From positions 1 to 64,000 of the forward strand of contig NIVC01001279.1 of NCBI GenBank assembly GCA_002269645.1: a stretch of DNA of 64,000 nt. Direction: 5' to 3'. The notes under the pieces are model-generated. The model ran no database searches, was not told the origin of the DNA, and worked only from the letters and a program-made list of their open reading frames with translations. The position numbers and the translations under genes are program-made. This document shows positions 11,491 through 26,000 of the stretch, piece after piece. Numbering within the stretch: position 1 is the first letter of the stretch; every line of letters starts with the position of its first letter. This DNA comes from Macrostomum lignano. Taxonomy: Eukaryota.

Positions 11491-13020
11491 CTACTGTCCA
11501 GGGGAGGAGAAAAGCAACTCATTCTCAGCCTCATCGGTGAGAGTTGAGTCGCCAATTTCCATTGGCTCAGGCTCAGCCGCCTCCCCAGCCGCCGCGGAGG
11601 CGGACACGGCGCCCACGGCAGGTGAGTCACCTAGCCGCGCTACACCGCCCTCCTCCCCAGCGACTGGGGTACGGCTGCTGCCTTCGCCTTGCGCCCCGCC
11701 GTCGGGAGTCTGAGCTCGGCCGGCAGCGTCCTCCTGGTGGTAATCCCACCAGTTGGAAGGCTGAGCCGTGCCGTCGTCCAGTTCCCTCGGCTGGCTTTCA
11801 GTGTTTTTTCGAGCGGCACGAGTCTGCTCGAGGTGAAGTCTCAGAGACTGAGCTTCGTCAAGTGCGCGCTGGATTAGACCGGACCGCCGGCTACTGCGGG
11901 CGGGTCTACGTCCGCGCGAGGCGGACTCAGCAGCGCGAATAGCCTTGTTAGGCTCGGGATCGGGTTGCTGCTGCCGCTTGGCCGGCGGGGCATGAGCCCC
12001 AGCTCCGGGAGCGGCGCGCTTCCCGTCTTTCTTGGTCTCCACCTTGCCCTCCTCACAGCGGAGGATGGTCAGTTGATGGAGACCAAGGTGGAGGTTTGTG
12101 CCGTGCGGTAGCCGCTTGGCCCATCCCTCCGTCAGGCCGAGGATGACTGTGGCCCCGGTCGTGCCCTTGCGGACCGTGCTGTGGTACACAAGACCACTGG
12201 CGTCGAGATCCGGGTGCCGCTTGAGCAGGAGCTGCCGCAGCTGCTCCCCGGACTTGATTGCACTGTCGGCCGGGACCCAAATCCGATGGCGGATGGTCTT
12301 CGGCCGCTCGCTCTCCAAGGCGAAGGTCAGCTGGCCCAGGTCGCTGTGCCAGTCGAACTTGGGCAGCTGATCCCGCAGGAGCTGGGTGCTCTCCTCGGAT
12401 TTGCACCACAGTAGGATGCACCCGTTCGCCTTGGTGGACTTGACGATGTCCACGAAGACGCCCTCCAGGGTTAGATTGAGCAAGCCCTCGTCGATGGTAC
12501 GCCACGCGACGTCGAGCTGCTCGGGCGTCAGGTCGAAATCCCCGCCGAGGATCATCACGGCGGGTTGCAGCGGCTGCTTGACCTTGGACGCGTAGGACTC
12601 GGAGGTCTTGAGCGGGGCCGCTTTGTCTTTGGAAGGCGGTAGGCCGGCAGGGTTGCCCCCCTGAGAGCCCGAGGACACGGCGGTTCCTGACGGCCCAGCC
12701 GCGCCACCGGACTCCCCAGAGGGCCTCCCCGCTGCGGTGGCTCCCGAAGGCCTCACCGCGGCTTGCGTGCCCTCCTCAGACGCAGCAGCAGCCCGCTTCT
12801 CCTGCCGCTTACGGTTGCGGCGGATGTTCCGCTGTCGTCGAGACTCGGCCGTGCGCGGTCGGCTAGACTGGCGGCCAGGGTGATCGGCGGCAGCGTCAGC
12901 TGGCCCGGTTGGACCAGGTTGGGCGTTGGTGCTACCAGTGGTAGCTACCGGAGCGGCTGATCCCGGTGAGCCAGAGGCGACCGGGTCAGTTTCTTTAGGG
13001 ATGGTGGCGTTAGTGGCCAT
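11491..13020 (-). CDS. LINE ORF1 (gag-like, 509 aa) with basic/low-complexity N-terminus and a DUF4780-like central domain; no CCHC knuckles
   Basis: Intact ORF directly upstream of ORF2. The segment NGCILLWCKSEESTQLL...IWVP...LL...P.L...G..L..G resembles LOA-clade ORF1 proteins (recognition only). Confidence 0.8.
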   Translation of the reverse strand: MATNATIPKETDPVASGSPGSAAPVATTGSTNAQPGPTGPADAAADHPGRQSSRPRTAESRRQRNIRRNRKRQEKRAAAASEEGTQAAVRPSGATAAGRPSGESGGAAGPSGTAVSSGSQGGNPAGLPPSKDKAAPLKTSESYASKVKQPLQPAVMILGGDFDLTPEQLDVAWRTIDEGLLNLTLEGVFVDIVKSTKANGCILLWCKSEESTQLLRDQLPKFDWHSDLGQLTFALESERPKTIRHRIWVPADSAIKSGEQLRQLLLKRHPDLDASGLVYHSTVRKGTTGATVILGLTEGWAKRLPHGTNLHLGLHQLTILRCEEGKVETKKDGKRAAPGAGAHAPPAKRQQQPDPEPNKAIRAAESASRGRRPARSSRRSGLIQRALDEAQSLRLHLEQTRAARKNTESQPRELDDGTAQPSNWWDYHQEDAAGRAQTPDGGAQGEGSSRTPVAGEEGGVARLGDSPAVGAVSASAAAGEAAEPEPMEIGDSTLTDEAENELLFSSPGQ

Positions 13021-13271
13021 AGCTGAAAAGCGGGGGAGGGCTACTCGTTATGCGAGTTGAGTACCCGACTGGCCGACACCTCAAGCCAGCCGGTTTGAAA
13101 AAAGGACCGCTAGCGACCGGACTACTCCCCGGCCTTCCAGCCCATCGGCACGGTCAAACACCTTAGGCATTAGAGGGTACGTTAAGCAGTACCACGGCCT
13201 GCAGGCTGGTGAGCCAGACCCGCATACCCAAATTCGGCCGAAGCCACTGGATAGGGTCGCCAGCGCCGGAG

Positions 13272-13510
13272 CCCAGTCTGTCCAGCAGCCCTAGGGTCTG
13301 CCTTGAACACACGCGGGGACGAGTACCCCTGGGTCGACTTGCGAGACAGCGTGGGGGAGTCTGCGGCTGCCAGAGGCAAATAGAGGGTGCAGACCTCCCA
13401 CCAGCCTTGACCTGCTGAAGATGGGGGCAGGCGTGAAGCATCGCAGACCTTAGCTCGTAGGCCTAGTCTGTCTCATACTTCACTGGCATGCTGAATACGC
13501 CTTCGCGTGC
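13272..13510 (-). ncRNA. HDV-like self-cleaving ribozyme at the exact 5' end of the LINE
   Basis: Minus strand: P1 GCACGCG (13510-13504) pairs with CGCGUGU (13315-13309; G1.U wobble). P2 CCCAG (13333-13329) pairs with CUGGG (13276-13272). P3 GGG (13328-13326) pairs with CCC (13318-13316). L3 is UACUCGU. P1.1 is AC/GU (13308-13307). P4 spans 13306-13281. J4/2 is C-A-G-A with the putative catalytic C at 13280. Confidence 0.85.
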
Positions 13511-14726
13511 TACAACAGTGGCAGATGCGTAGTGGTGAGATTGGCGTTAGCCGTGGCAGACAGTGGCAGGCTGGCCCAGACAGAGAGAAGGAAAACAAGG
13601 CCGCGAAGGGACGGCAGAACGAAAGGAAGAAAGACAGAAAGGAAGAAAGACAGAAAGGAAGGAAGGAAGGAAGGGAGGGTGAAAAACCAGCCCGCTGCCA
13701 GACGGGGGGTTTAATAAAGGAGCGCAGAGGGGGGGGGCGCGAAGCACGAGCGGTTTTCATTGGCTGGCGAGAGAACTTAAAATTATCGATCGTGCCAATT
13801 TTATACGGTCGCGAGAGAGGATAGCAAAATATACAGTGAATTAGAAATTGCCACAAAATCGTTGGGCCCTACTATAAGTAAACGTTAAAATAAACTATTG
13901 GAGAAATTAATATGAGAAATTACAAGGGAAAATATAGTCCAGCGGCCCTTTTCGGGACCACCTTAAACTGACAACGTCACAAACGTTAATTTTTTCGACA
14001 GATTGTTCCATTGTTCCTACCAAGTAAGCCTACCAAGATGAAGATGCGAGAAAATCCTGTACAATGGAGTCACCCTATTTTTGGGCGTATGGTAGCTATT
14101 CAAATCTTCAAGTTTAGGAAGCAAAATTAATAAAGTAGAGCCGAAAATCTTGAGCGCATTTTTTGTGAATACGCTCTTAGTTTCATTAGTGACGTTTCTG
14201 AAAATATATCGGAATCTGGAGATCATATACAGAACCCGCATAATTTGGTCTATATCCTTTAAATCTCTCACAAGATGGCCAGTCAGAAAAAATGAGAGAG
14301 AAGAAAAAGCCAAACATCACAAAAGCAGACTCCTGTTTTAACATTCTGTTCTTAGAATTCTCAGAATTCTCAGACAGATAAACAACTGTCTGTCTGGCAC
14401 AAAATTGGAGGTATGATAAACTGTATTGAGCAAATTTTATTGTCTGTCGAACAGTGTTGCAAAGTGACGAAACGGTAGAGAACAAAGAAAATGGAAAAAG
14501 TAAATAACAAATTCATGCAAATGAACTCAAATTATTTGCAATGCACAAAAATTCTTTTAACAAATTTGGTATAGTAAAAGAGTGGTTCATAAACAGTGTT
14601 GGGATCATGTGTACAAATGGTACATGTATATGCTGACAAACCATAAACATTAAAATCAAATTTAGGAAGCATATAACGAAGTGTTCCTAGTGTGGTCCTA
14701 GTGGTCCTTGTTCCAAAAGCGCAGCT

Positions 14727-17097
<2,371 letters not shown>

Positions 17098-17694
17098 GGG
17101 TTCACGCAGGAGTTTCAATGGCAATTCAACTATCTAATTGAGTTTTGCTTGGCAGATTTTCGCAAGCCAAAAACAACCACCCATCGCATCAGGCTTCAAG
17201 ACTCTCAGTTTTCTTATATTTATAACAATTAACATTCGTTTTGTTTGCGAAAACACGCAAACGTTGTCAATAGCAGGAAAAATATACAGATGTGCTTACA
17301 GCAAAATAGACTGCTATGGGAACAGTTATGGGAATTATATGCTATATGCTATGCTTATATGCTAACAGCTATGGGAATTAGTTATTGTTGAAGTACCGCT
17401 GGCAGTTTGCAGACAGTTGCAGACAGACAGTGCAGACATACACAATTTGTTTTTAGCAGAATCTGTACTGACAAAAAATTCAACTGTAAAGGACTTGCAA
17501 AAAAATACAGGAAAATAACCATTCAAGTTTACGAATGTTGTTGACAAAATATTTTTACCTTGGTTGACTCATTTCAGAGCTTTATAACAGTTATTAGGCA
17601 TGCTTAATTTATACGAGCGTATAGTTGACACTGCAACGCATTTTGGTCTAAACTCTTGCTGTCAAATTGGTGGCTAATCTGATCAAATTACTTA

Positions 17695-19730
17695 TCCCCA
17701 ATTCCCTGTCCCCTGTCCTCAATCCCCTGTCCACTGTCCTCAATCCCCTGTCCCCAATCCCCTGTCCCCTGTCCCCAATCCCCTGTCCCCTGTCCCCAAT
17801 CCCCAATCCCCTGTCCTCAATCCCCTGTCCACTGTCCTCAATCCCCTGTCCACTGTCCTCAATCCCCTGTCCCCAATCCCCTGTCCTCAATCCCCTGTCC
17901 CCTGTCCCCAATCCCCTGTCCTCAATCCCCCGTCCTCAATCCCCTGTCCCCTGTCCTCTGTCCCCAATCCCCTGTCCTCACTCCCCCGTCCTCAATCCCC
18001 TGTCCCCTGTCCTTAATCACCTGTCCTCAATCCCCTGTCCTCAATCCCCTGTCCTCAATCCCCTGTCCCCAATCCCCTGTCCCCTGTCCCCAATCCCCTG
18101 TCCCCTGTCCCCGATCCCCTGTCCCCTGTCCTCAATCCCCTGTCCACTGTCCTCAATCCCCTGTCCCCAATCCCCTGTCCTCAATCCCCTGTCCCCTGTC
18201 CTCTGTCCCCAATCCCCTGTCCTCAATCCCCTGTCCTCAATCCCCTGTCCCCAATCCCCTGTCCCCTGTCCCCAATCCCCAATCCCCTGTCCTCAATCCC
18301 CTGTCCACTGTCCTCAATCCCCTGTCCACTGTCCTCAATCCCCTGTCCCCAATCCCCTGTCCTCAATCCCCTGTCCCCTGTCCCCAATCCCCTGTCCTCA
18401 ATCCCCCGTCCTCAATCCCCTGTCCCCTGTCCTCTGTCCCCAATCCCCTGTCCTCACTCCCCCGTCCTCAATTCCCTGTCCCCTGTCCTCAATCCCCTGT
18501 CCACTGTCCTCAATCCCCTGTCCTCAATCCCCTGTCCACTGTCCTCAATCCCCTGTCCACTGTCCTCAATCCCCTGTCCCCAATCCCCTGTCCTCAATCC
18601 CCTGTCCCCTGTCCCCAATCCCCTGTCCTCAATCCCCCGTCCTCAATCCCCTGTCCCCTGTCCTCTGTCCCCAATCCCCTGTCCTCACTCCCCCGTCCTC
18701 AATCCCCTGTCCCCTGTCCTTAATCACCTGTCCTCAATCCCCTGTCCTCAATCCCCTGTCACCTGTCCCCTGTCCTTAATCCCCTGTCTCCTGTCCTCAA
18801 TCCCCTGTCCCCTGTCCTCAATCCCCTGTCCCCAATCCCCTGTCCCCTGTCCCCAATCCCCTGTCCCCTGTCCCCGATCCCCTGTCCCCTGTCCTCAATC
18901 CCCTGTCCACTGTCCTCAATCCCCTGTCCCCAATCCCCTGTCCTCAATCCCCTGTCCCCTGTCCTCTGTCCCCAATCCCCTGTCCTCAATCCCCTGTCCT
19001 CAATCCCCTGTCCCCTGTCCCTTGTCCCCAATTCCCTGTCCTCAATCCCCCGTCTTCAATCCCCTGTCCCCTGTCCTTAATCACCTGTCCTCAATCCCCT
19101 GTCCTCAATCCCCTGTCACCTGTCCCCTGTCCTTAATCCCCTGTCCCCAATCCCCTGTCCTCAATCCCCCGTCCTCAACCCCCTGTCCCCTGTCCCCAAT
19201 CCCCTGTCCTCAATCCCCTGTCCCCAATCCCCTGTCCTCAATCCCCCGTCCCCTGTCCTCAATCCCCTGTCCACTGTCCTCAATCCCCTGTCACCTGTCC
19301 CCTGTCCTCAATCCCCTGTCCCCTGTCCTCAATTCCCTGTCCCCCGTCCCCTGTCCTCAATCCCCTGTCCACTGTCCTCAATCCCCTGTCCTCAATCCCC
19401 TGTCACCTGTCCCCTGTCCTCAATCCCCTGTCCCCTGTCCTCAATTCCCTGTCCCCTGTCCCCTGTCCTCAATCCCCTGTCCCCAATCCCCTGTCCTCAA
19501 TCCCCTGTCCTCAATCCCCTGTCCCCTGTCCCCTGTCCCCAATCCCCTGTCCCCAATCTCCTGCCTCAATCTCCAATCCCCAATCCCCTACCTCAATCCT
19601 TTATCCCCAATCCCCTGCCTCAATCCTTTATCCCCAATCCCCTGCCTCAATCCTTTATCCCCAATCCCCTACCTCAATCCTTTATCCCCAATCCCCTGCC
19701 TCAATTCTTTATCCCCAATCCCCTGCCTGA
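17695..19730. repeat. ~2-kb C-rich satellite built from 7-mers CCCCTGT/CCTCAAT/CCCCAAT, between Ly6 copies A and B
   Basis: Direct reading; the long ORFs here are repeat artefacts. Confidence 0.93.
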
Positions 19731-20033
19731 ATTTTTGCCAAATCAGATTGGTGTTTTATAGGTTGAAAACTTATGGCTGCCTGCAATGAATCGGTGTATT
19801 TGATAACCAATCCAAGAATAACTAAGCAAACCGAAGTGTACGAGTAAAAAGCAGCGTCGCTTTAAAGAGGAACAAAATTAGAGCACATTAGTGTTGGATA
19901 TACTCGTATACGTAGCTGGAAGTTGAGGCGCACTGCTCGTTGCAGCATGTATAGCAAATCATTATGTTGCTTTTTCAGTGAGCAAAGTACGAGCGTACAT
20001 ATTTCTGCTTCAGGGGGTTCCAGAAGCGCAGCT

Positions 20034-23000
20034 TCAGAGCCGCTTCATCAGTGCCAGCAGGAAGGCGGCAGCAACGATGAACTGGCAGCCCCCCAGACTG
20101 CAGGCAGAGTTGCAGTAGTCTGTGCTGCAGCTGCGGCAGTTCGTGTCGGGGTACCGAGTGCAGTCTCCGCAGCCTGCAAAGAACACCTGCAATGGCGAAT
20201 GTTGGCTCTGGTTTTGTGGTGACGCAATGGGGTTGTGACACTAATTGAGACACTGTCTAACAGGATGATTGAGACACTGTCTAACAGGATGATTGAGACA
20301 CTGTCTAACAGGATGATTGAGACACTGTCTAACAGGATTATTGAGACACTGTCTAACAGGATTATTGAGACACTGTCTAACAGGATGATTGAGACACTGT
20401 CTAACAGGATTATTGAGACTCTGTCTAACAGGATGATTGAGACACTGTCTAACAGGATTATTGAGACACTGTCTAACAGGATGATTGAGACTCTGTCTAA
20501 CAGGATGATTGAGACACTGTCTAACAGGATGATTGAGACACTGTCTAACAGGATGATTGAGACTCTGTCTAACAGGATCATTGAGACACTGTCTAACAGG
20601 ATTATTGAGACACTGTCTAACAGGATTATTGAGACACTGTCTAACAGGATGATTGAGACACTGTCTAACAGGATGATTGAGACACTGTCTAACAGGATCA
20701 TTGAGACACTGTCTAACAGGATTATTGAGACACTGTCTAACAGGATTATTGAGACACTGTCTAACAGGATTATTGAGACACTGTCTAACAGGATGATTGA
20801 GACACTGTCTAACAGGATGATTGAGACACTGTCTAACAGGATGATTGAGACACTGTCTAACAGGATGATTGAGACACTGTCTAACAGGATTATTGAGACA
20901 CTGTCTAACAGGATTATTGAGACACTGTCTAACAGGATGATTGAGACACTGTCTAACAGGATGATTGAGACACTGTCTAACAGGATGATTGAGACACTGT
21001 CTAACAGGATTATTGAGACTCTGTCTAACAGGATTATTGAGACACTGTCTAACAGGATTATTGAGACTCTAACAGGATGATTGAGACACTGTCTAACAGG
21101 ATTATTGAGACTCTAACAGGATGATTGAGACACTGTCTAACAGGATTATTGAGACTCTAACAGGATGATTGAGACACTGTCTAACAGGATTATTGAGACT
21201 CTAACAGGATGATTGAGACACTGTCTAACAGGATGATTGAGACACTGTCTAACAGGATTATTGAGACTCTAACAGGATGATTGAGACACTGTCTAACAGG
21301 ATTATTGAGACTCTAACAGGATTATTGAGACTCTAACAGGATTATTGAGACACTGTCTAACAGGATTATTGAGACTCTGTCTAACAGGATTATTGAGACA
21401 CTGTCTAACAGGATTATTGAGACTCTAACAGGATGATTGAGACACTGTCTAACAGGATTATTGAGACTCTAACAGGATGATTGAGACACTGTCTAACAGG
21501 ATTATTGAGACTCTGTCTAACAGGATGATTGAGACACTGTCTAACAGGATTATTGAGACTCTAACAGGATGATTGAGACACTGTCTAACAGGATGATTGA
21601 GACACTGTCTAACAGGATTATTGAGACTCTAACAGGATGATTGAGACGCTGTCTAACAGGATTATTGAGACACTGTCTAACAGGATTATTGAGACACTGT
21701 CTAACAGGATGATTGAGACACTGTCTAACAGGATTATTGAGACTCTAACAGGATGATTGTGACACTGTCTAACAGGATGATTGTGACACTGTCTAACAGG
21801 ATGATTGAGACACTGTCTAACAGGATTATTGAGACTCTAACAGGATGATTGAGACACTGTCTAACAGGATGATTGAGACACTGTCTAACAGGATTATTGA
21901 GACACTGTCTAACAGGATGATTGAGACACTGTCTAACAGGATTATTGAGACTCTAACAGGATGATTGTGACACTGTCTAACAGGATGATTGTGACACTGT
22001 CTAACAGGATGATTGAGACACTGTCTAACAGGATTATTGAGACTCTAACAGGATGATTGTGACACTGTCTAACAGGATGATTGTGACACTGTCTAACAGG
22101 ATGATTGAGACTCTAACAGGATTATTGAGACTCTGTCTAACAGGATGATTGAGACACTGTCTAACAGGATGATTGAGACACTGTCTAACAGGATTATTGA
22201 GACTCTGACAGGATGATTGTGACACTGTCTAACAGGATGATTGTGACACTGTCTAACAGGATGATTGAGACTCTAACAGGATGATTGAGACTCTGTCTAA
22301 CAGGATGATTGAGACACTGTCTAACAGGATTATTGAGACTCTGTCTAACAGGATGATTGAGACACTGTCTAACAGGATTATTGAGACACTGTCTAACAGG
22401 ATGATTGAGACACTGTCTAACAGGATTATTGAGACACTGTCTAACAGGATTATTGAGACACTGACTAACAGGATGATTGTGACACTGTCTAACAGGATTA
22501 TTGAGACACTGTCTAACAGGATTATTGAGACTCTGTCTAACAGGATGATTGAGACACTGTCTAACAGGATTATTGAGACTCTGTCTAACAGGATGATTGA
22601 GACACTGTCTAACAGGATGATTGAGACACTGTCTAACAGGATCATTGAGACACTGTCTAACAGGATTATTGAGACACTGTCTAACAGGATCATTGTGACA
22701 CTGTCTAACAGGATTATTGAGCCACTGTCTAACAGGATGATTGAGACACTGTCTAACAGGATGATTGAGACTCTGTCTAACAGGATGATTGAGACACTGT
22801 CTAACAGGATTATTGAGACTCTGTCTAACAGGATTATTGAGACTCTGTCTAACAGGATTATTGAGACACTGTCTAACAGGATTATTGTGACACTGTCTAA
22901 CAGGATGATTGAGACTCTGTCTAACAGGATGATTGAGACACTGTCTAACAGGATTATTGAGCCACTGTCTAACAGGATGATTGAGACACTGTCTAACAGG

Positions 23001-26000
23001 ATGATTGAGACACTGTCTAACAGGATTATTGAGACTCTGTCTAACAGGATTATTGAGACACTGTCTAACAGGATTATTGAGACTCTAACAGGATGATTGA
23101 GACACTGTCTAACAGGATTATTGAGACTCTAACAGGATGATTGAGACACTGTCTAACAGGATTATTGAGACTCTAACAGGATGATTGAGACACTGTCTAA
23201 CAGGATGATTGAGACTCTGTCTAACAGGATGATTGAGACACTGTCTAACAGGATGATTGAGACACTGTCTAACAGGATGATTGAGACACTGTCTAACATG
23301 ATTATTGAGACACTGTCTAACAGGATGATTGTGACACTGTCTAACAGGATGATTGAGACTCTGTCTAACAGGATTATTGAGACACTGTCTAACAGGATTA
23401 TTGAGACTCTAACAGGATGATTGAGACACTGTCTAACAGGATTATTGAGACTCTAACAGGATGATTGTGACACTGTCTAACAGGATGATTGTGACACTGT
23501 CTAACAGGATGATTGAGACACTGTCTAACAGGATGATTGAGACACTGTCTAACAGGATGATTGAGACACTGTCTAACAGGATGATTGAGACACTGTCTAA
23601 CAGGATGATTGTGACACTGTCTAACAGGATGATTGTGACACTGTCTAACAGGATGATTGAGACACTGTCTAACAGGATTATTGAGACACTGTCTAACAGG
23701 ATTATTGAGACTCTGTCTAACAGGATTATTGTGACACTGTCTAACAGGATTATTGAGCCACTGTCTAACAGGATGATTGAGACACTGTCTAACAGGATGA
23801 TTGAGACACTGTCTAACAGGATGATTGAGACACTGTCTAACAGGATTATTGAGACACTGTCTAACAGGATTATTGAGACTCTGTCTAACAGGATTATTGA
23901 GACTCTGTCTAACAGGATTATTGAGACTCTGTCTAACAGGATTATTGAGACACTGTCTAACAGGATTATTGAGACTCTAACAGGATGATTGAGACACTGT
24001 CTAACAGGATTATTGAGACTCTGTCTAACAGGATGATTGAGACACTGTCTAACAGGATTATTGAGACTCTAACAGGATGATTGAGACACTGTCTAACAGG
24101 ATTATTGAGACTCTGTCTAACAGGATGATTGAGACACTGTCTAACAGGATTATTGAGACTCTAACAGGATGATTGAGACACTGTCTAACAGGATTATTGA
24201 GACACTGTCTAACAGGATTATTGAGACTCTAACAGGATGATTGAGACACTGTCTAACAGGATTATTGAGACTCTAACAGGATGATTGAGACACTGTCTAA
24301 CAGGATTATTGAGACTCTAACAGGATGATTGAGACACTGTCTAACAGGATTATTGAGACTCTAACAGGATGATTGAGACACTGTCTAACAGGATTATTGA
24401 GACTCTAACAGGATGATTGAGACACTGTCTAACAGGATTATTGAGACTCTAACAGGATGATTGAGACACTGTCTAACAGGATTATTGAGACTCTAACAGG
24501 ATGATTGAGACACTGTCTAACAGGATTATTGAGACTCTAACAGAATGATTGAGACACTGTCTAACAGGATGATTGAGACTCTGTCTAACAGGATGATTGA
24601 GACACTGTCTAACAGGATGATTGAGACTCTGTCTAACAGGATGATTGAGACACTGTCTAACAGGATTATTGAGACACTGTCTAACAGGATTATTGAGACT
24701 CTGTCTAACAGGATGATTGTGACACTGTCTAACAGGATTATTGAGACTCTAACAGGATGATTGAGACACTGTCTAACAGGATCATTGAGACACTGTCTAA
24801 CAGGATGATTGAGACACTGTCTAACAGGATTATTGAGACTCTGTCTAACAGGATCATTGAGACACTGTCTAACAGGATGATTGTGACACTGTCTAACAGG
24901 ATGATTGTGACACTGTCTAACAGGATGATTGAGACACTGTCTAACAGGATTATTGTGACACTGTCTAACAGGATTATTGAGACTCTGTCTAACAGGATTA
25001 TTGTGACACTGTCTAACAGGATTATTGAGCCACTGTCTAACAGGATGATTGAGACACTGTCTAACAGGATTATTGAGACTCTGTCTAACAGGATGATTGA
25101 GACACTGTCTAACAGGATTATTGAGACTCTAACAGGATGATTGAGACACTGTCTAACAGGATGATTGTGACACTGTCTAACAGGATGATTGTGACACTGT
25201 CTAACAGGATGATTGAGACACTGTCTAACAGGATTATTGAGACACTGTCTAACAGGATTATTGAGACTCTGTCTAACAGGATTATTGTGACACTGTCTAA
25301 CAGGATTATTGAGCCACTGTCTAACAGGATGATTGAGACACTGTCTAACAGGATGATTGAGACACTGTCTAACAGGATGATTGAGACACTGTCTAACAGG
25401 ATGATTGAGACACTGTCTAACAGGATGATTGAGACACTGTCTAACAGGATGATTGAGACACTGTCTAACAGGATGATTGAGACACTGTCTAACAGGATTA
25501 TTGAGACACTGTCTAACAGGATTATTGAGACTCTGTCTAACAGGATTATTGAGACTCTGTCTAACAGGATTATTGAGACTCTGTCTAACAGGATTATTGA
25601 GACACTGTCTAACAGGATTATTGAGACTCTAACAGGATGATTGAGACACTGTCTAACAGGATTATTGAGACTCTGTCTAACAGGATGATTGAGACACTGT
25701 CTAACAGGATTATTGAGACTCTAACAGGATGATTGAGACACTGTCTAACAGGATTATTGAGACTCTGTCTAACAGGATGATTGAGACACTGTCTAACAGG
25801 ATTATTGAGACTCTAACAGGATGATTGAGACACTGTCTAACAGGATTATTGAGACACTGTCTAACAGGATTATTGAGACTCTAACAGGATGATTGAGACA
25901 CTGTCTAACAGGATTATTGAGACTCTAACAGGATGATTGAGACACTGTCTAACAGGATTATTGAGACTCTAACAGGATGATTGAGACACTGTCTAACAGG

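Larger units (their letters stand above)
7673..13510 (-). mobile_element. Full-length non-LTR retrotransposon (5838 bp), LOA/Lian-Baggins-like (I group): 5'UTR ribozyme, ORF1, ORF2 APE-RT-RNaseH-CCHC, short TAAG/TCAAG-type 3' tail
   Basis: Exact 12-bp TSD TACAACAGTGGC at 7661-7672 and 13511-13522. 3' tail TAAGTCAAGTAAGTAAGTCAAG on the minus strand at 7673-7694. Two ORFs. The clade assignment is inferred from domain order. Confidence 0.93.

Noticed and set aside
7678-12960. Many overlapping plus-strand and alternate-frame ORFs
   Set aside because: Shadows of the GC-rich LINE ORFs; the alternate minus frames are explained by the three 1-nt deletions.
7335-13990. Possible TIR pair (ACGTT..TGA.GTTGTC...AAAAGGGCCG) around the LINE, suggesting insertion into a DNA element
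   Set aside because: Similarity is short and gapped with no TSD found, so it cannot be supported.
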